The position numbers and the translations under genes are program-made. Below, piece after piece: positions 53,101-64,000 of a stretch of DNA of 64,000 bases (positions are counted from its first letter, which is position 1; every line of letters starts with the position of its first letter). The DNA is taken from NCBI GenBank assembly GCA_015680685.1, contig MNCI01000556.1, forward strand, positions 1,703,634-1,767,633. The letters are read 5' to 3'. The stretch is from Gnetum montanum. Lineage: Eukaryota; Plantae; Gnetophyta. The notes below the pieces were generated by a model. It did no database searches. It was not told the DNA's origin and saw only the letters and a list, made by a program, of their open reading frames with translations.

Positions 53101-55761
53101 TGATTATCTACCACAAATGCAATCAGTCCTACATTACATGCTCCATACTTATCTAAGGAGCTACACCAAGTTATTATAGCCATGTGTTAAAATGTTTTAT
53201 CATGTGATAAAATTTTTAAAATCTATAATTTAAAATTACAAAATAAAAATCCTTCTGATTGAGTACTATGAATCACTTCTAGCAAGGATGAATATTTAAA
53301 TAAAAAAGATATTCCTTGCATATTTGAAATTTTTGTAGGCAAAGAATACAAGTATGATAAAAAAAAGTGAGAACAATGTTCAAAAATGGTTGAAGCTCAT
53401 TTTGAATGTGTTCATTTATTAGTTACTTATTGATTGTAACCCTTTTATTCTTGGTATTCAATTAGTATGGATGAAAGAAAAAATGTTAGAGTTTTGTCAT
53501 CATAATTTATTGGCCATGAATTCAACATTAATACTAATAAGTATGGGGTAAGGTCAATATATCGATTTTTATGAATAAAATTTTTAAAATAAATTTGTAA
53601 TAGTACTAACTTATATTTTTCTATATATAGTATTCACTTTATTCTATCATATATATGAGAATGGTCTTCCAAGTACATGGCTAATATAGTCAACAGATAC
53701 AACAAAAGATATTCAATTATGGCTTCAAGAATTAGTAGAGAAAGCTCATTAATTGAAGGCTAATTGGAAGGTTGCATATATTATGGTAGATGATTTTCTT
53801 ATATAAATTTCAGCAATAATGTAAACTATCATTTGTATATGAACTTGTTAACTTTGTTAATATTTTTTATTTTAGTAAAAAATATTTTTTTAGTAATAAC
53901 ATGTTTTTCGATTTGGTCAATTATGAATTGTCAAGTGTTGTTATGCCTTTTCTATGTGCAACATGCTTGGCTATAAAACTTGGGAAATAATCTTAAGAAT
54001 AAATCTAATTTTAAAAGTATGAACACTATAATTCGTTATATTGTGCATAGATGTAAGAATGATAGTGAAGTGAAAATAAACTATGTTATTTTTTGAAGAT
54101 TTCAAAGAGGAAGAAACGTTTTTATAATATTTTGAAAGAACATGGCTTCTTAATTAAAAATATTGCAAGTCATTTTAGTATCATAAAATTTTTTTATTGT
54201 CAATGCATAATAACAAACCTAAGTTTTTAATATATGATTCCCTCAAACGATTTTCTATTTCAAAATAAATTACAAGGCTTATATGTTAGGCTCAAGTCTC
54301 CTTTACATACAAGGCTTAAAATGGTTTCATATAGTCTCTACAAGTTTAACGAAATATTTCTCTCTATATTTTTCATATATACTTATCAAAGGTAGTGACA
54401 CCTAGTTTCTATGTACTATTTTAGGTTAAATATAATTCTTTTATTAACCCAAATTAAATTTTTCTTAGTTTTCTTTCAAATAAGTCAAAATGCTTATAAT
54501 GGCATTACTACTTAATTTCTATATATCCATAACAATTATGTTATTAGGTATGATTTCTTATAGATGTATATTTTTTTTCTTTTACGAAATGACCAAATCA
54601 TATGAAAGCAAACATTTATAGCTATCTTGAGTAAAAATTAACTTTATATTGATTAATTTAATCATATGGTTTATTGAACTTAATAAAAAACCTTGGATCA
54701 ATAAAGTGCAGTGTATGGCTAAAAAATAAAGGAAACGATTGGTTTATGATTAAATGATAGCATTAGAATAAGCTATGCTAATGATCACAATATTATGATA
54801 TAGAGAACTTCATCAACATAAAATATACATAACATGGCCAATGTACACAAATTGACATTACTATGTAGGATATTGATTATATTATAAGAATTTGCACATT
54901 ATCTTTATAATTAATCTATAGTAAAAGTACTTGCATTTCCATAATACAAGTGCGTAATTTTACTTGGCATTACATAACATGGCATTATCAAGTAGACCAT
55001 TGATTTTAATGTAAGAATTTTCATGGAATATTTATAATTGATCTACAACAACAAAACTTACATTTCTACAATACAAGTGCCGAATTTTAGTAAGCATTGA
55101 CACACACTTCAGACTCATTAGTAGCATGTCTTTGGAATATGTAGATGGTTTTCACATGGAAAAGTATAAAAGAGCTTTTTCTAAATAACCTTTTGCTAGT
55201 AATCAAAGTTGGAAGATACATTATCATAATTCTTAAATACCTTAAATCTATTGAATTCCATAGAGATTACAAGAATAGCCCTACTTATTTTCACATCACA
55301 AGTTAATGGGGCATAGCTCACCTTGTTAGAGTCAGTCTTCTAATATGGCTTAAAGACATTAAGCTTTAGTTTATTGTTAATGATACTTCATAAAAATCCA
55401 CCTTGGTAAAGTAGATTCAGATTGAATAAAACAAGTGAAAAGTTACCGAAGGCACATTTTTCTTTTGATCTTAATTTTTTTCATTTTGTATGAGATTTCA
55501 TAATTAAAACTGACATGATTATGTGTTTTTTTTTTTCAATTCATAGTAGAGGAGTATGGAAGAATTGAAATTAATTATATTTTTTAACCTTCATTTTAAA
55601 AACATTTTTCATAAACCTGAAAAAGATGATGTGGTCCCTCCCAACGAAGAATATCATTTTTTCCACTTCACTACTTACTTTAAGCATCTGTTACAAATGC
55701 AATCTAAAATATAAAAACCTAAAATAATCCTTGATAAAAGAAAAGAGGGTATATTATTGTA
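50104..55761 (+). mobile_element. Mutator-like (MULE) DNA transposon relic with ~350-bp TIRs and an intron-containing transposase
   Basis: 50104-50470 is the reverse complement of ~55415-55761. Exon remnants FILGIQLVWMKEKMLEFCHHNLLAMNST..NKYG (~53440-53550), ENGLPSTWL and LCLFYVQHAWL resemble MULE/SWIM transposases. Confidence 0.75.
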
Positions 55762-56014
55762 GGAAAAATATCTCTTATGTACAAATTATTCAATGCTTTA
55801 TCTGTGTGAAAGGTAAATCAATGTTTTAAAGAAATTTAAATTGAAGTGGAAAATGTTATTAATGCTAATTTTATTGACATGGTATGGAATGATTGGAAAC
55901 TAGAAAATCACACATAGGTACAATGTGTGTGAGGTTGTTGATTTGTTGAGTTGGAAATGGATGCACTAATACCATTGTTTGGTGAGACAAAAGTTTTTCC
56001 AAATACTAACTCAT

Positions 56015-56470
56015 GTCAAGCCATGACTGATGGTCAAGTCATGGTATTGCACATTCTCATACCATGAGTCCACCATGATGCATGATATCGTTGAGATTAG
56101 TTTTTCTCATACCACAACTCATAGTCAACTTACGATAAAGTCATGTTGTCAACCATGACTCATGGTTATAAAATTATTAACTATGACCCATGATCGCTTT
56201 GTGGTTCAGAACTCTCTTAAGGAAATTTCATCATGAGTCATGGTGATCTCATGATGTAATAATCACAATTGATAGTTTACTCATTGTGAATACTCAAATA
56301 AGGTAAATTTACCATAACTCATGATGAAGTTGTAAAATAGAAACCATGACTCATGGTGAAGTTATAGTATCCTAAACAAATCTTTATCTTTGTTTTTAGC
56401 TAAACCATGACTTGTGCTATAATACCATAACTTGTGATATCCTAGACCATGACTCATGGTCAACAAAAAT
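56015..56470. repeat. Array of about a dozen ccATGACTCATgg-type motifs, probably TE subterminal or U3 repeats
   Basis: Repeated accatgactcatggt / tcatgagtcatgg variants in both orientations. Confidence 0.7.
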
Positions 56471-56479
56471 CATAATTTT

Positions 56480-58350
56480 GATAGATCTAGAAGTTTTCAG
56501 TTAGAAACATTCATCAAGCAATCTGATACTTTCAACACATGGTGTGAGTTACGATGGCCCATTTANCAAATTCTCCAAATTTCCTTGGCTGTTTTACATC
56601 CTACTACCTTATTAAATCCAGATTTATTCAATGCACAATAGAAATAATTTTTTCTTTTACATCAAACATGAACTTATCCTCTTCTTCTTAAGAACATTTG
56701 TTGCAAGGCTTGATGCTGCCAGGCCATTAACAAGTGACATGTAGCCTTCTAAAATTGACTCCCATACTCCAAACTTCATAGATTCGAAGAATCCTTGCAT
56801 CTTGTCTTTCTAATAGATGAAGTCGAATCCATAAATTTCCAATTTAACTATGTGTCTTAAGGGTAAATATTGTTTAAAAATAGAACATTTAGTTTCAACA
56901 CCACCCAACCTTTATAATGACTATATATACCTCAAATGAAATGTTAGCCTAATAATATGATTTTTGATTTGAAAATTCCAAATTATAAATTTAATTTTGA
57001 TTGTTAATTCATGTACCCTTTTAGTGATCATGAACACTAAGTTAATTTGTATAACCACTCAAATGGAAACAATGATCCTTTTTAAATAATGTCAACAGGC
57101 TTTGTGTAAGATTTCCCCTTTATTATTCACTCTTGATGATGATAGAAGAGTACTAGGCTCTAATACTAGTTGTGGATAGTTGAACTTAGAAGGGGAGGGG
57201 GATACATAAGTTCCCTAAATTAAAAATTTTTAACAAAAAAGCATAGACATCAAATTTAACATGGTTTGCCAACTTGGGTAGTCCACACTCAGAGGGTAGA
57301 TTGCTAGCACACCTCCAACTTTGTTGCTCTCAAAATGTTGTTAAACGATTCACATCCTGTATAGTCTTCAAGCTTTACTCTAGAGTGTTGTTTTGCAATG
57401 CCAATCACTCAACCCAACAAGGTCCCATCAAGCTTGGAAATGTGATTTCAAGGTTTCAACAACTTTTACAATCTTGAGCTCCACATCATAGTGTTGTACC
57501 ATAGCACCAACAACTCAATCCCACAGCATCCCAACAAGCTCAAGTAAGATGTCTTCTTACAAGAATCACATCAACCTTGTATGATAACAAGGGAGAAAAA
57601 TTACAAGGGATAAATGCAACTTAGTTTTTTTATCCTTCTATGTTTAGATACAGCACACTTTACAATACCAAAATGATAATACAATCACGAGAAATAGAGA
57701 ATTCAGTGATTACAAATGACTGTAAAATGATTACATAACAAGCTTGAACATTTTCCAATGCACATGAAGCCTTCTTATAACTATTGTGATACTACATCCA
57801 TCTCAGAACTTATGCAACAACTAGCAAACCATCATTAACGATCCTGGGAGATGTCTTACTCATGCCTGAGATGTCTCTCTAAAATTACCTTCCATTCTAG
57901 AAGGACATCTTTATTTAGTGAAAAATTTCTTTCTAAAATCTCAATTGTAGGAGACATCTATATCTTGTGAAAGATATCTTTCTAAACTTGGTATGCATTT
58001 TAGTGAAAAATTTCTTTCTAAAATCTCAATTGTAGGAGACATCTATATCTTTTGAAAGATATCTTTCTAAACTTAGTATGCATTCTATAAAGATGTCTTT
58101 GCTTGGTGGAAGATGTGTTTGCCTGATAAAAGATGTTTACTATTTCTTAAAGATGTCTTTGCCTAAAAGCACTCCAATTCTACCAAGACATCTGTTGTTT
58201 CTTATAGACATCTTTTTTCAAATTTCTTCATCCTTTAAATTCATCATTCCTTGTCCATAGCCTTTCTCAATCCAAGTTCTTATCTTGTAGGCACAACAAT
58301 CACATAGACATGCAAACAAACTTATCTTTCACTTTTCTTAACATTTTAAC
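56480..58350 (-). mobile_element. Sirevirus-like Ty1/copia relic: LTR ~57171-58350, Met PBS, start of gag
   Basis: PBS rc gctctaatacta ~57157-57168; G-run agaaggggaggggg near the LTR end; gag DFIY*KDKMQGFFES..VWESILEG..FNKVVGCKTAKEIW; AGATGTCT/AGACATCT motif array; 85-bp tandem duplication 57914-58083. Confidence 0.8.
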
Positions 58351-58419
58351 ATATCAAAACCAAAAGGTCCATAGGCACAAGTTGTGAAAAAAATAAAGAT
58401 TGAGACTATTTTCCATCAT

Positions 58420-58912
58420 TGCAACATCACTTAGTTTTCTTAATTTTTACTTAGCATAATGTTTACTATTTCACTAGTTTAATATTTTACTTTCCCAAGC
58501 ACTTTACTTTTAGTTGTTAATAGTAAGTAGAATGGATATGATTGATTTCAAGTGGTAAGTGTGATCATTTGGTAATCCAAGCAGTATTATCACTTTGTCT
58601 GCCTAGCAACGTAATACTTGGTAACCCCAATGACGATTACATGAGCCCAAGACATGTCTAGTAAACTAGGAATGCTTATCCATTATGATAGGCTAAGATA
58701 GGTCAATGTTTCCTAAATTAGTTAGACTTAGATATTTTTCACCATGATTATTATAAGGAGTAAATTGGGCCAATCACCATCATTTAACATACACCTCACT
58801 ACAAGCTAAACTTAGACTTCTATAGCTTGAAGTGGAAAGATAGCGATCATGAGGTTAACTCAATTACTAGCATATCAACATTGTTTTTATATATAGATTA
58901 CAATCGAGTCAC
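58420..58912 (+). mobile_element. Partial Athila-family LTR in opposite orientation to B/C/D
   Basis: Its reverse complement aligns to ~10865-11340 and ~49280-49740. Confidence 0.7.
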
Positions 58913-59696
58913 GTGTGAACACGCTGCCGAAGAATGCTGCGGTGCGTGAGACCAGCGAGAACGCCCCGCGGCTCAGACCCAGCAGACCCGTCATCCCGGC
59001 GTTTTCGGGGGCGATGCTGGCGCAGCCGAACGGGAATCCGTTGATGCCATCGAGAATGACGGTGTCTGTGAGCAGTTCGCCGGCGCAAGATGAGCCGTCA
59101 CCGTAGCGTATGTGAAAGACGCACAAGTCGTTGGTTTTGTCGCAGCCGCAGTAGTTACGAGTTTTGGAGAGCGCGGTGCAGGCGGTCTAGTTGCAGCTCT
59201 GCGTAGCGACGGTGGAAGACTGCGACGGGTCGAACGAGGACTTGACGTTGCAGTCGGAGCAGCTGCTGCACGGCAGCCACGTGAGGTCGCTGCCGGTGTC
59301 CATGTCCAAGGAGAACACCTTCTCCGGCGTGCCGAAGCCCATCTCCACCGCGAATTCCATCTCCGGCTTGTCCGGTTTGACAGTCACCTCCGAATCGGGG
59401 ATGCCGCGGCGAGCCTGACGGCTTCTGGAATGCAGCCAGCGCTGGCAGAAGATGTCCTGTGCAGCGGCCTTCTGTAAAAAGTGCAGCAGGTCGTCGTGCT
59501 GGGAGTCGTGGTCAAAAGCGCGGGGCGAGCATTTGGCCCAGCGGTGTGTAAGGCGGAAGCGGCCTCTCCGGCTGAGCTGCCGGCGCTCGTCTTCACATGC
59601 TCTTCGGTCCTCCTCCGAGAGCTGGCTGCTGCAACTTCTCACGCAGAGTAGTAGGATTAGGATTAGCCCCGATGCTGCCCTATACTTGTTCGCCAT
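58912..59696 (-). pseudogene. A1-family (nepenthesin/AED-like) aspartic protease pseudogene; in-frame TAG at 59187-59189, C-terminal lobe missing
   Basis: Signal peptide MANKYRAASGLILILLLCVRSCSS; LTHRWAKCSP; GFGTP..DMDTGSDLTWLPC; YGDGS; FGC; GLLGLSRG; ends at GSVFT with no second D(T/S)G. TATA rc ctataaaa at ~59741-59748. Confidence 0.92.
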
Positions 59697-59995
59697 GGCT
59701 GTAATAATCGGTGTTGCTGTTACGGCTTCGCACACTGGGATTTTATAGAGGTCTTTGCCATGCTCGGTCAAAGTCGATCGTAATTTTTTTAAAACTTCCT
59801 AACATCTACGAGTTTTTATGTTTTGTTCAGAGACAATCAGATTATATTAAAAAACCTGTCACATTTATCTGCGTGAAATGTGCCTCACGAATACATAAGC
59901 AACGGCATTTAGAAAATAGGTGCCAAAGTTCACGATGGCGCTAAATTTCAGATTCAATCACACTAGAAATAAGAGTTAAGACTTAAGAGTGACTG

Positions 59996-60294
59996 AACGA
60001 TTCATGCCGGTGTTGTCTCTCCTCGTTGCCACCAACGATTCATGCCTGTGTTATCTCTCCGCGTTGTCACCAACGATTCATGCCTGTGTTGTCTCTTCGC
60101 GTTCTCACCAACCCATGCATTTCACCATTTCTTTGATGTCATTCCTAACTCCGCCTTCTCGCTTACACATGATGTCATTTGCTAACTCTGCAGAATTCAT
60201 TGAACGATACATGCCTGTGTTATATCCCCGCGTTGTCACGTAGCCATGCATTTCACCATTTCTTTGATGTCATTCCCTAAATCTGCAGAATTCA
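59996..60294. repeat. 38-bp tandem repeat (3 copies 59996-60109, a 4th at ~60203) with higher-order duplication, upstream of the protease
   Basis: Unit aacgattcatgcctgtgttgtctctccgcgttgtcacc starts at 59996, 60034 and 60072. Confidence 0.9.
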
Positions 60295-60309
60295 TAAAGT
60301 TCTTTAGTT

Positions 60310-62802
60310 TTTTTTTAGGAAAAGGTTGAGAGTATATATTTCCGAAAAAAAAGGGCTACATCTGCGCGCAGCGCGGACCAGCAACCGCGGCCCCAAAGCA
60401 TCCAGGACTGAAGGAACAGGAAGACAGGGAGGGAACCCAAAGGGCAGAAAAAACCCGCAGGGGGGAACAGTCAGCTCACCGCCCAACAGACGCCACAAAA
60501 CCCAAAGAGGGCAACAAGAGCGAAAAGAAACCCGGGAAAACAAGGAGAGAGAACCAAACCCGGGGAAACCCAAACAGCGAGGGAAAACCAAGGTGAGTCC
60601 ACAAGCCAGCCCCGCAGCGAGGCGGCACCGAATCTCCGCTATCCACTGGGCGATGCCCGTCCAAGATAGGACGCCCTCGAACCACAGAACATCCTGCCGC
60701 GCGGCGCGCAGATCGCGGCGAGGAAAGGGAAGCAGCAGCCGCGCGATTTCTGTTTGTGGCACAGAAATCGGCGTAGTGGCCTATCGCGCCCATACCTGCT
60801 GCCAGTAGCGCAGCAATCTGTCCGCCCCGGATTGGGAGTGCGTCTGCATTTCCTGCAGGAAGCGGCACAGGGGGCGACCACGTTCTCTTCGATGCTCCAC
60901 CGCCTGGGGAAAGAAAAATTTCGAATGTCTGTCCCCCGCTGGGAGCCACTGAACCCGAACCCGATGCCTCCAATATTCTTCCTCCTCGTGATGTGTGAAC
61001 TGCAGCCGTGCCAGGAGGGCGCGTTCTTCACTGTTTCTGTCTGGCCCCTGTGCCAGAGTCTCCCAGAACTGCGCTGCCCTCTGAAACAGTAATTTTTCTC
61101 CGGGGAAAATCGCGTGGGTCCTCCACGCCCGAGTATACGGTCCCGGACATGTCCCGGACGCCAGAGTCCTCCTTGGCAAGGAGCGCCAGTCCTCCCGCAC
61201 ATCCCCGACTCGGCCCCAGGAGGCCATTGCGGCAGGGCCTCTGTCTGCAGGAGTTTTATTTCCTGCAAACCAACTACCTCGCATCGCTCGACTACCACCA
61301 TACATCGCCGCGTATGGCGTTTGTCCGGGGTACCCTGACCCCTGCTGTTCCATGAGAGAACCGTCATGGAGACAGGTGTCTCAGGTACACCTCCTCGAGC
61401 GTGGGCTGCACGCCCAGATCAACAAAGAGCTGCGCGGCCTTGTGCCGTCGAGTGCTGTTTTCTGGTTTTCCCACCTTGACCACTGGCAGCGACCTCGCTG
61501 ACGCTCTGTGTCCTAGTTCCCGTGAGAGGGGAACGGAGCCGGGCCGTCCCGCGACTAGTATTTATCCAGTCAGTTACTGGAAGTGGCGACAGAGCCCCCC
61601 CTGCAGGGCCACCCTCCGCAAGCGGCAACCGCGGCTCGATGGGGGGCAAAGTCCCCTCTCCCACCAGGGCTTGAAGGTAAGGCGTGTGCGTGTCCTCCTT
61701 TGTCTTCTCCACAGGACCCTTCCCCCGCACAGCCGCCATAGACGACTTCCCCGGCCGCTCTGGGCCGATGTGCGGCCCGGCTTTCGCAGCAGTGCGAGCC
61801 TGATTCCCTCCATCATGCGGATGGCCATCGCTGCGATCCCCTCCCGGCCGCCCAGCTTTGGGCGCCAGCACTTGTTTGCGCGGACCGCGTCCTCGCTTGC
61901 CCACTAGGTGCTATCCATCCTCTGGATCAGGAGTAACCCGATCCTCGATGGCCCGGCAGCCGCCCCAAGTAGCCCTGGGCCTTGGCATGTTTTCAAATTG
62001 GATGCGAACCCGCTCCTCTCCGAACTCGGAGTCCAACACCAGCACCTCAAACTGTGCCTTCAACGGAAGAGGCCTCCACATGCAGAACCGGGCGTAGCCC
62101 ATGTGTTGACACGGTCGAACTTGATAAACTCCCCAAACGCCTGTGCACATGAGAGTAAACACTCGGGGGACCAGTATTCAATGGGTAAGTCGTACAGGCG
62201 GACCCATACCGGTGCCCGTGCAAACAAATTCGGGTCCCGGTGGGCGCCCGGGCGCCAGGGAGCCAGGGCGAGGCCCCGAGCACCATAAAATCAAGGACCC
62301 CCCACCAGTACCTTTTCCCGGTCAGCCAAGGAGGCAAAACCAAACAGTAGACGATCATCTGTGAGGCACTTGACCGTCACTGTGTCCAACTCCCATACAG
62401 CCCGAGCCCAACGCCGGATCAGATCCAGGCGAGGCCGTACTCCTTCTGAAACGAACTTGCCAATTAAGCTTCGGGCCAAGTTATCCAGGGTAGCGCTGTC
62501 AGGGCCCTGGACTTTGAGCCTTAACTCGGGCCCGTCGAAAGTGGCCTGCGGCTCAGCGACAAGCGCTGCGGCTGCTCTCCTCACCTCCGTTGTGTCCGCG
62601 TCATTAGTAGAGGTGTCGAGGGCCGTCTCGCTTCCGCCTGCACCAGAGACTAATTCGCCATGCGCTAAGCCCGCCCCACCGCGCGCTGATCCTGCCGCGC
62701 CATGGGCAGGTCCAGCGGCAGCGTGAGCCATCCTCCCCCGTCACACCCCGCGCTAATCCTCCCCTGTCGCACCCCGCGCTAATCCTCCCCCGTCGCACCC
62801 CC
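60310..62802 (-). mobile_element. Young non-autonomous L1-type LINE (ORF1 DUF4283 + patchwork ORF2 remnants)
   Basis: Perfect TSD taaagttctttagtt at 60295-60309 and 62803-62817; short poly(A) (T-run 60308-60316). ORF1 from ATG 62731: LIGKF..GGP*F..APW..VWVRLYDLPIEYW..GYARFC. ORF2 pieces SWNSRG/GLQEIK and EEEYWRHRVRVQWL.GDRHSKFF. Confidence 0.93.
62730..62802 (-). repeat. 26-bp tandem repeats (2.8 copies) forming the whole 5' UTR of the LINE
   Basis: atcctcccccgtcgcaccccgcgcta-type units at 62730, 62756 and 62782. Confidence 0.9.
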
Positions 62803-64000
62803 TAAAGTTCTTTAGTTAAAAATTAATTTAATTTTTCTGTTCACATGAATCGGTACCTTAATTATCTCATTATTTATCAAACATCCATGAAGTTTGTCAA
62901 AACGTAATATGTTATCTTTAAATGGAATATCCTTTTCAACAAAGTTCATGATAAAGACTTTAATATAAAATTACAACTTAAAGTCTAAGGCATTCACCGA
63001 CATAACCTTGAAAGCTATGCATCTAAGGATTCACCAATCCCATGAGATTTCTACATAAGGTGTGTACTCAAAGTGCGAGCACAAATAGAAGCACATCTGA
63101 TTCTCTATAGATACTTTTAAATTAATTTAAATTAATACTAATAATTAATAAATCTAAAATACAAAGAAAAACAAAGAAAAAAATAATTTAAATAATTTAT
63201 TATTTTTTAATTCATCTCTCCACCTACAAACCCAACTCCAATCTTTGCGTATACTTATGTACCCAAATGCAATCTGAATCATAAATCCTTACGTACTATG
63301 CAAAAGTGGTGTGCTAACAAGGCAAACAAGGCCACAATCCAAATGAACCATGCAACGGAAGGTGTAGTAGTCATACCCACTAAATCATTCCCTAAAATGT
63401 GTAATAATGTTGCATGTTTCTTTGCTATATAGGGGTGGCGAAATTAAGCAATTGTGGTAATCATGCCATATTACGGAGAAGAGATTGTTGTAGAGGTTGT
63501 AGTAGACTAGTTATGAGAAATATTGAATGTCCTTGCAACATCAATTGCATACTTTATTAATATTCCAGATATCCAAGTGTTTATAGGAGCCACATTAAGG
63601 GGTATAAGAATAATGAGTTTGTGTCAACATGAGGAGTTGTTATATAAACTAGTCAAAGTCAACAAAATGATCCCATACATCTTTAATATTCTTGAAGATC
63701 TCATAATAATCTAGTTCAAGATCAACATAACAATAGGAAATTTAGGCATTTCGAAGGTCCAATTGCAACAAGTTGAGTTGCTAAACCAAAAATTACAAAA
63801 CAAAGTAGAACAAACCCATGTTCAACTATCTAATTCTACCATCCACCAAACAATCTTATCCCATGATGATGCATTCAATCAATTGAAGGTCATGTAACAT
63901 TAGGTGGAAAATGGAGAAGAAGAAAACCAACTAAAATGCATCCCAAGTAGATCAAAGGCCTTAAACAAAAACATCACTATATTGACAAAAAAGAACAAAG

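Noticed and set aside
59187-59189. In-frame TAG in the protease as programmed read-through
   Set aside because: Best explained as TCG(Ser)>TAG, and the gene also lacks its second catalytic lobe.
59697-59771. Upstream extension MTEHGK... of the protease ORF
   Set aside because: It spans the TATA box; the signal peptide begins at the ATG at 59696.
60304-62798. Many overlapping 100-240 aa ORFs on both strands
   Set aside because: Expected from high GC content; only the minus-strand ORF1 and ORF2 remnants carry recognisable motifs.
63430-64000. Stop-interrupted plus-strand reading frame with coiled-coil character
   Set aside because: No diagnostic motif; cut by the window edge.

Overview
Plant heterochromatic window (lineage not determinable). 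Bases 1 to ~58,900 are an AT-rich, strongly CpG/CHG-depleted stack of nested transposon relics. These include at least five Athila-like Ty3/gypsy elements (four with a minus-strand accessory 'env-like' ORF), Ty1/copia relics (one Sirevirus-like), a nested 2.4-kb non-autonomous LTR element, decayed non-L1 LINEs, a tRNA-like short repeat and a long-TIR MULE. Buried among them are two intronless, decayed copies of a CCR4-type deadenylase gene; one is split by a retroelement with a 5-bp TSD. From ~58,900 to 62,800 the sequence is GC- and CpG-rich. It holds a recently broken A1-family aspartic protease pseudogene and a young 2.5-kb internally deleted L1-type LINE with a perfect 15-bp TSD. I found no intact host protein-coding gene. 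The most notable observations are: (1) an internal promoter plus a conserved 61-62 nt intron in front of the Athila accessory ORF, in an apparently pol-less family; (2) the TE-embedded CCR4 retrocopies; (3) the half-L1-like element; (4) a tRNA-like repeat with LTR-like ends. All homologies were read by eye; boundaries of decayed elements are approximate.
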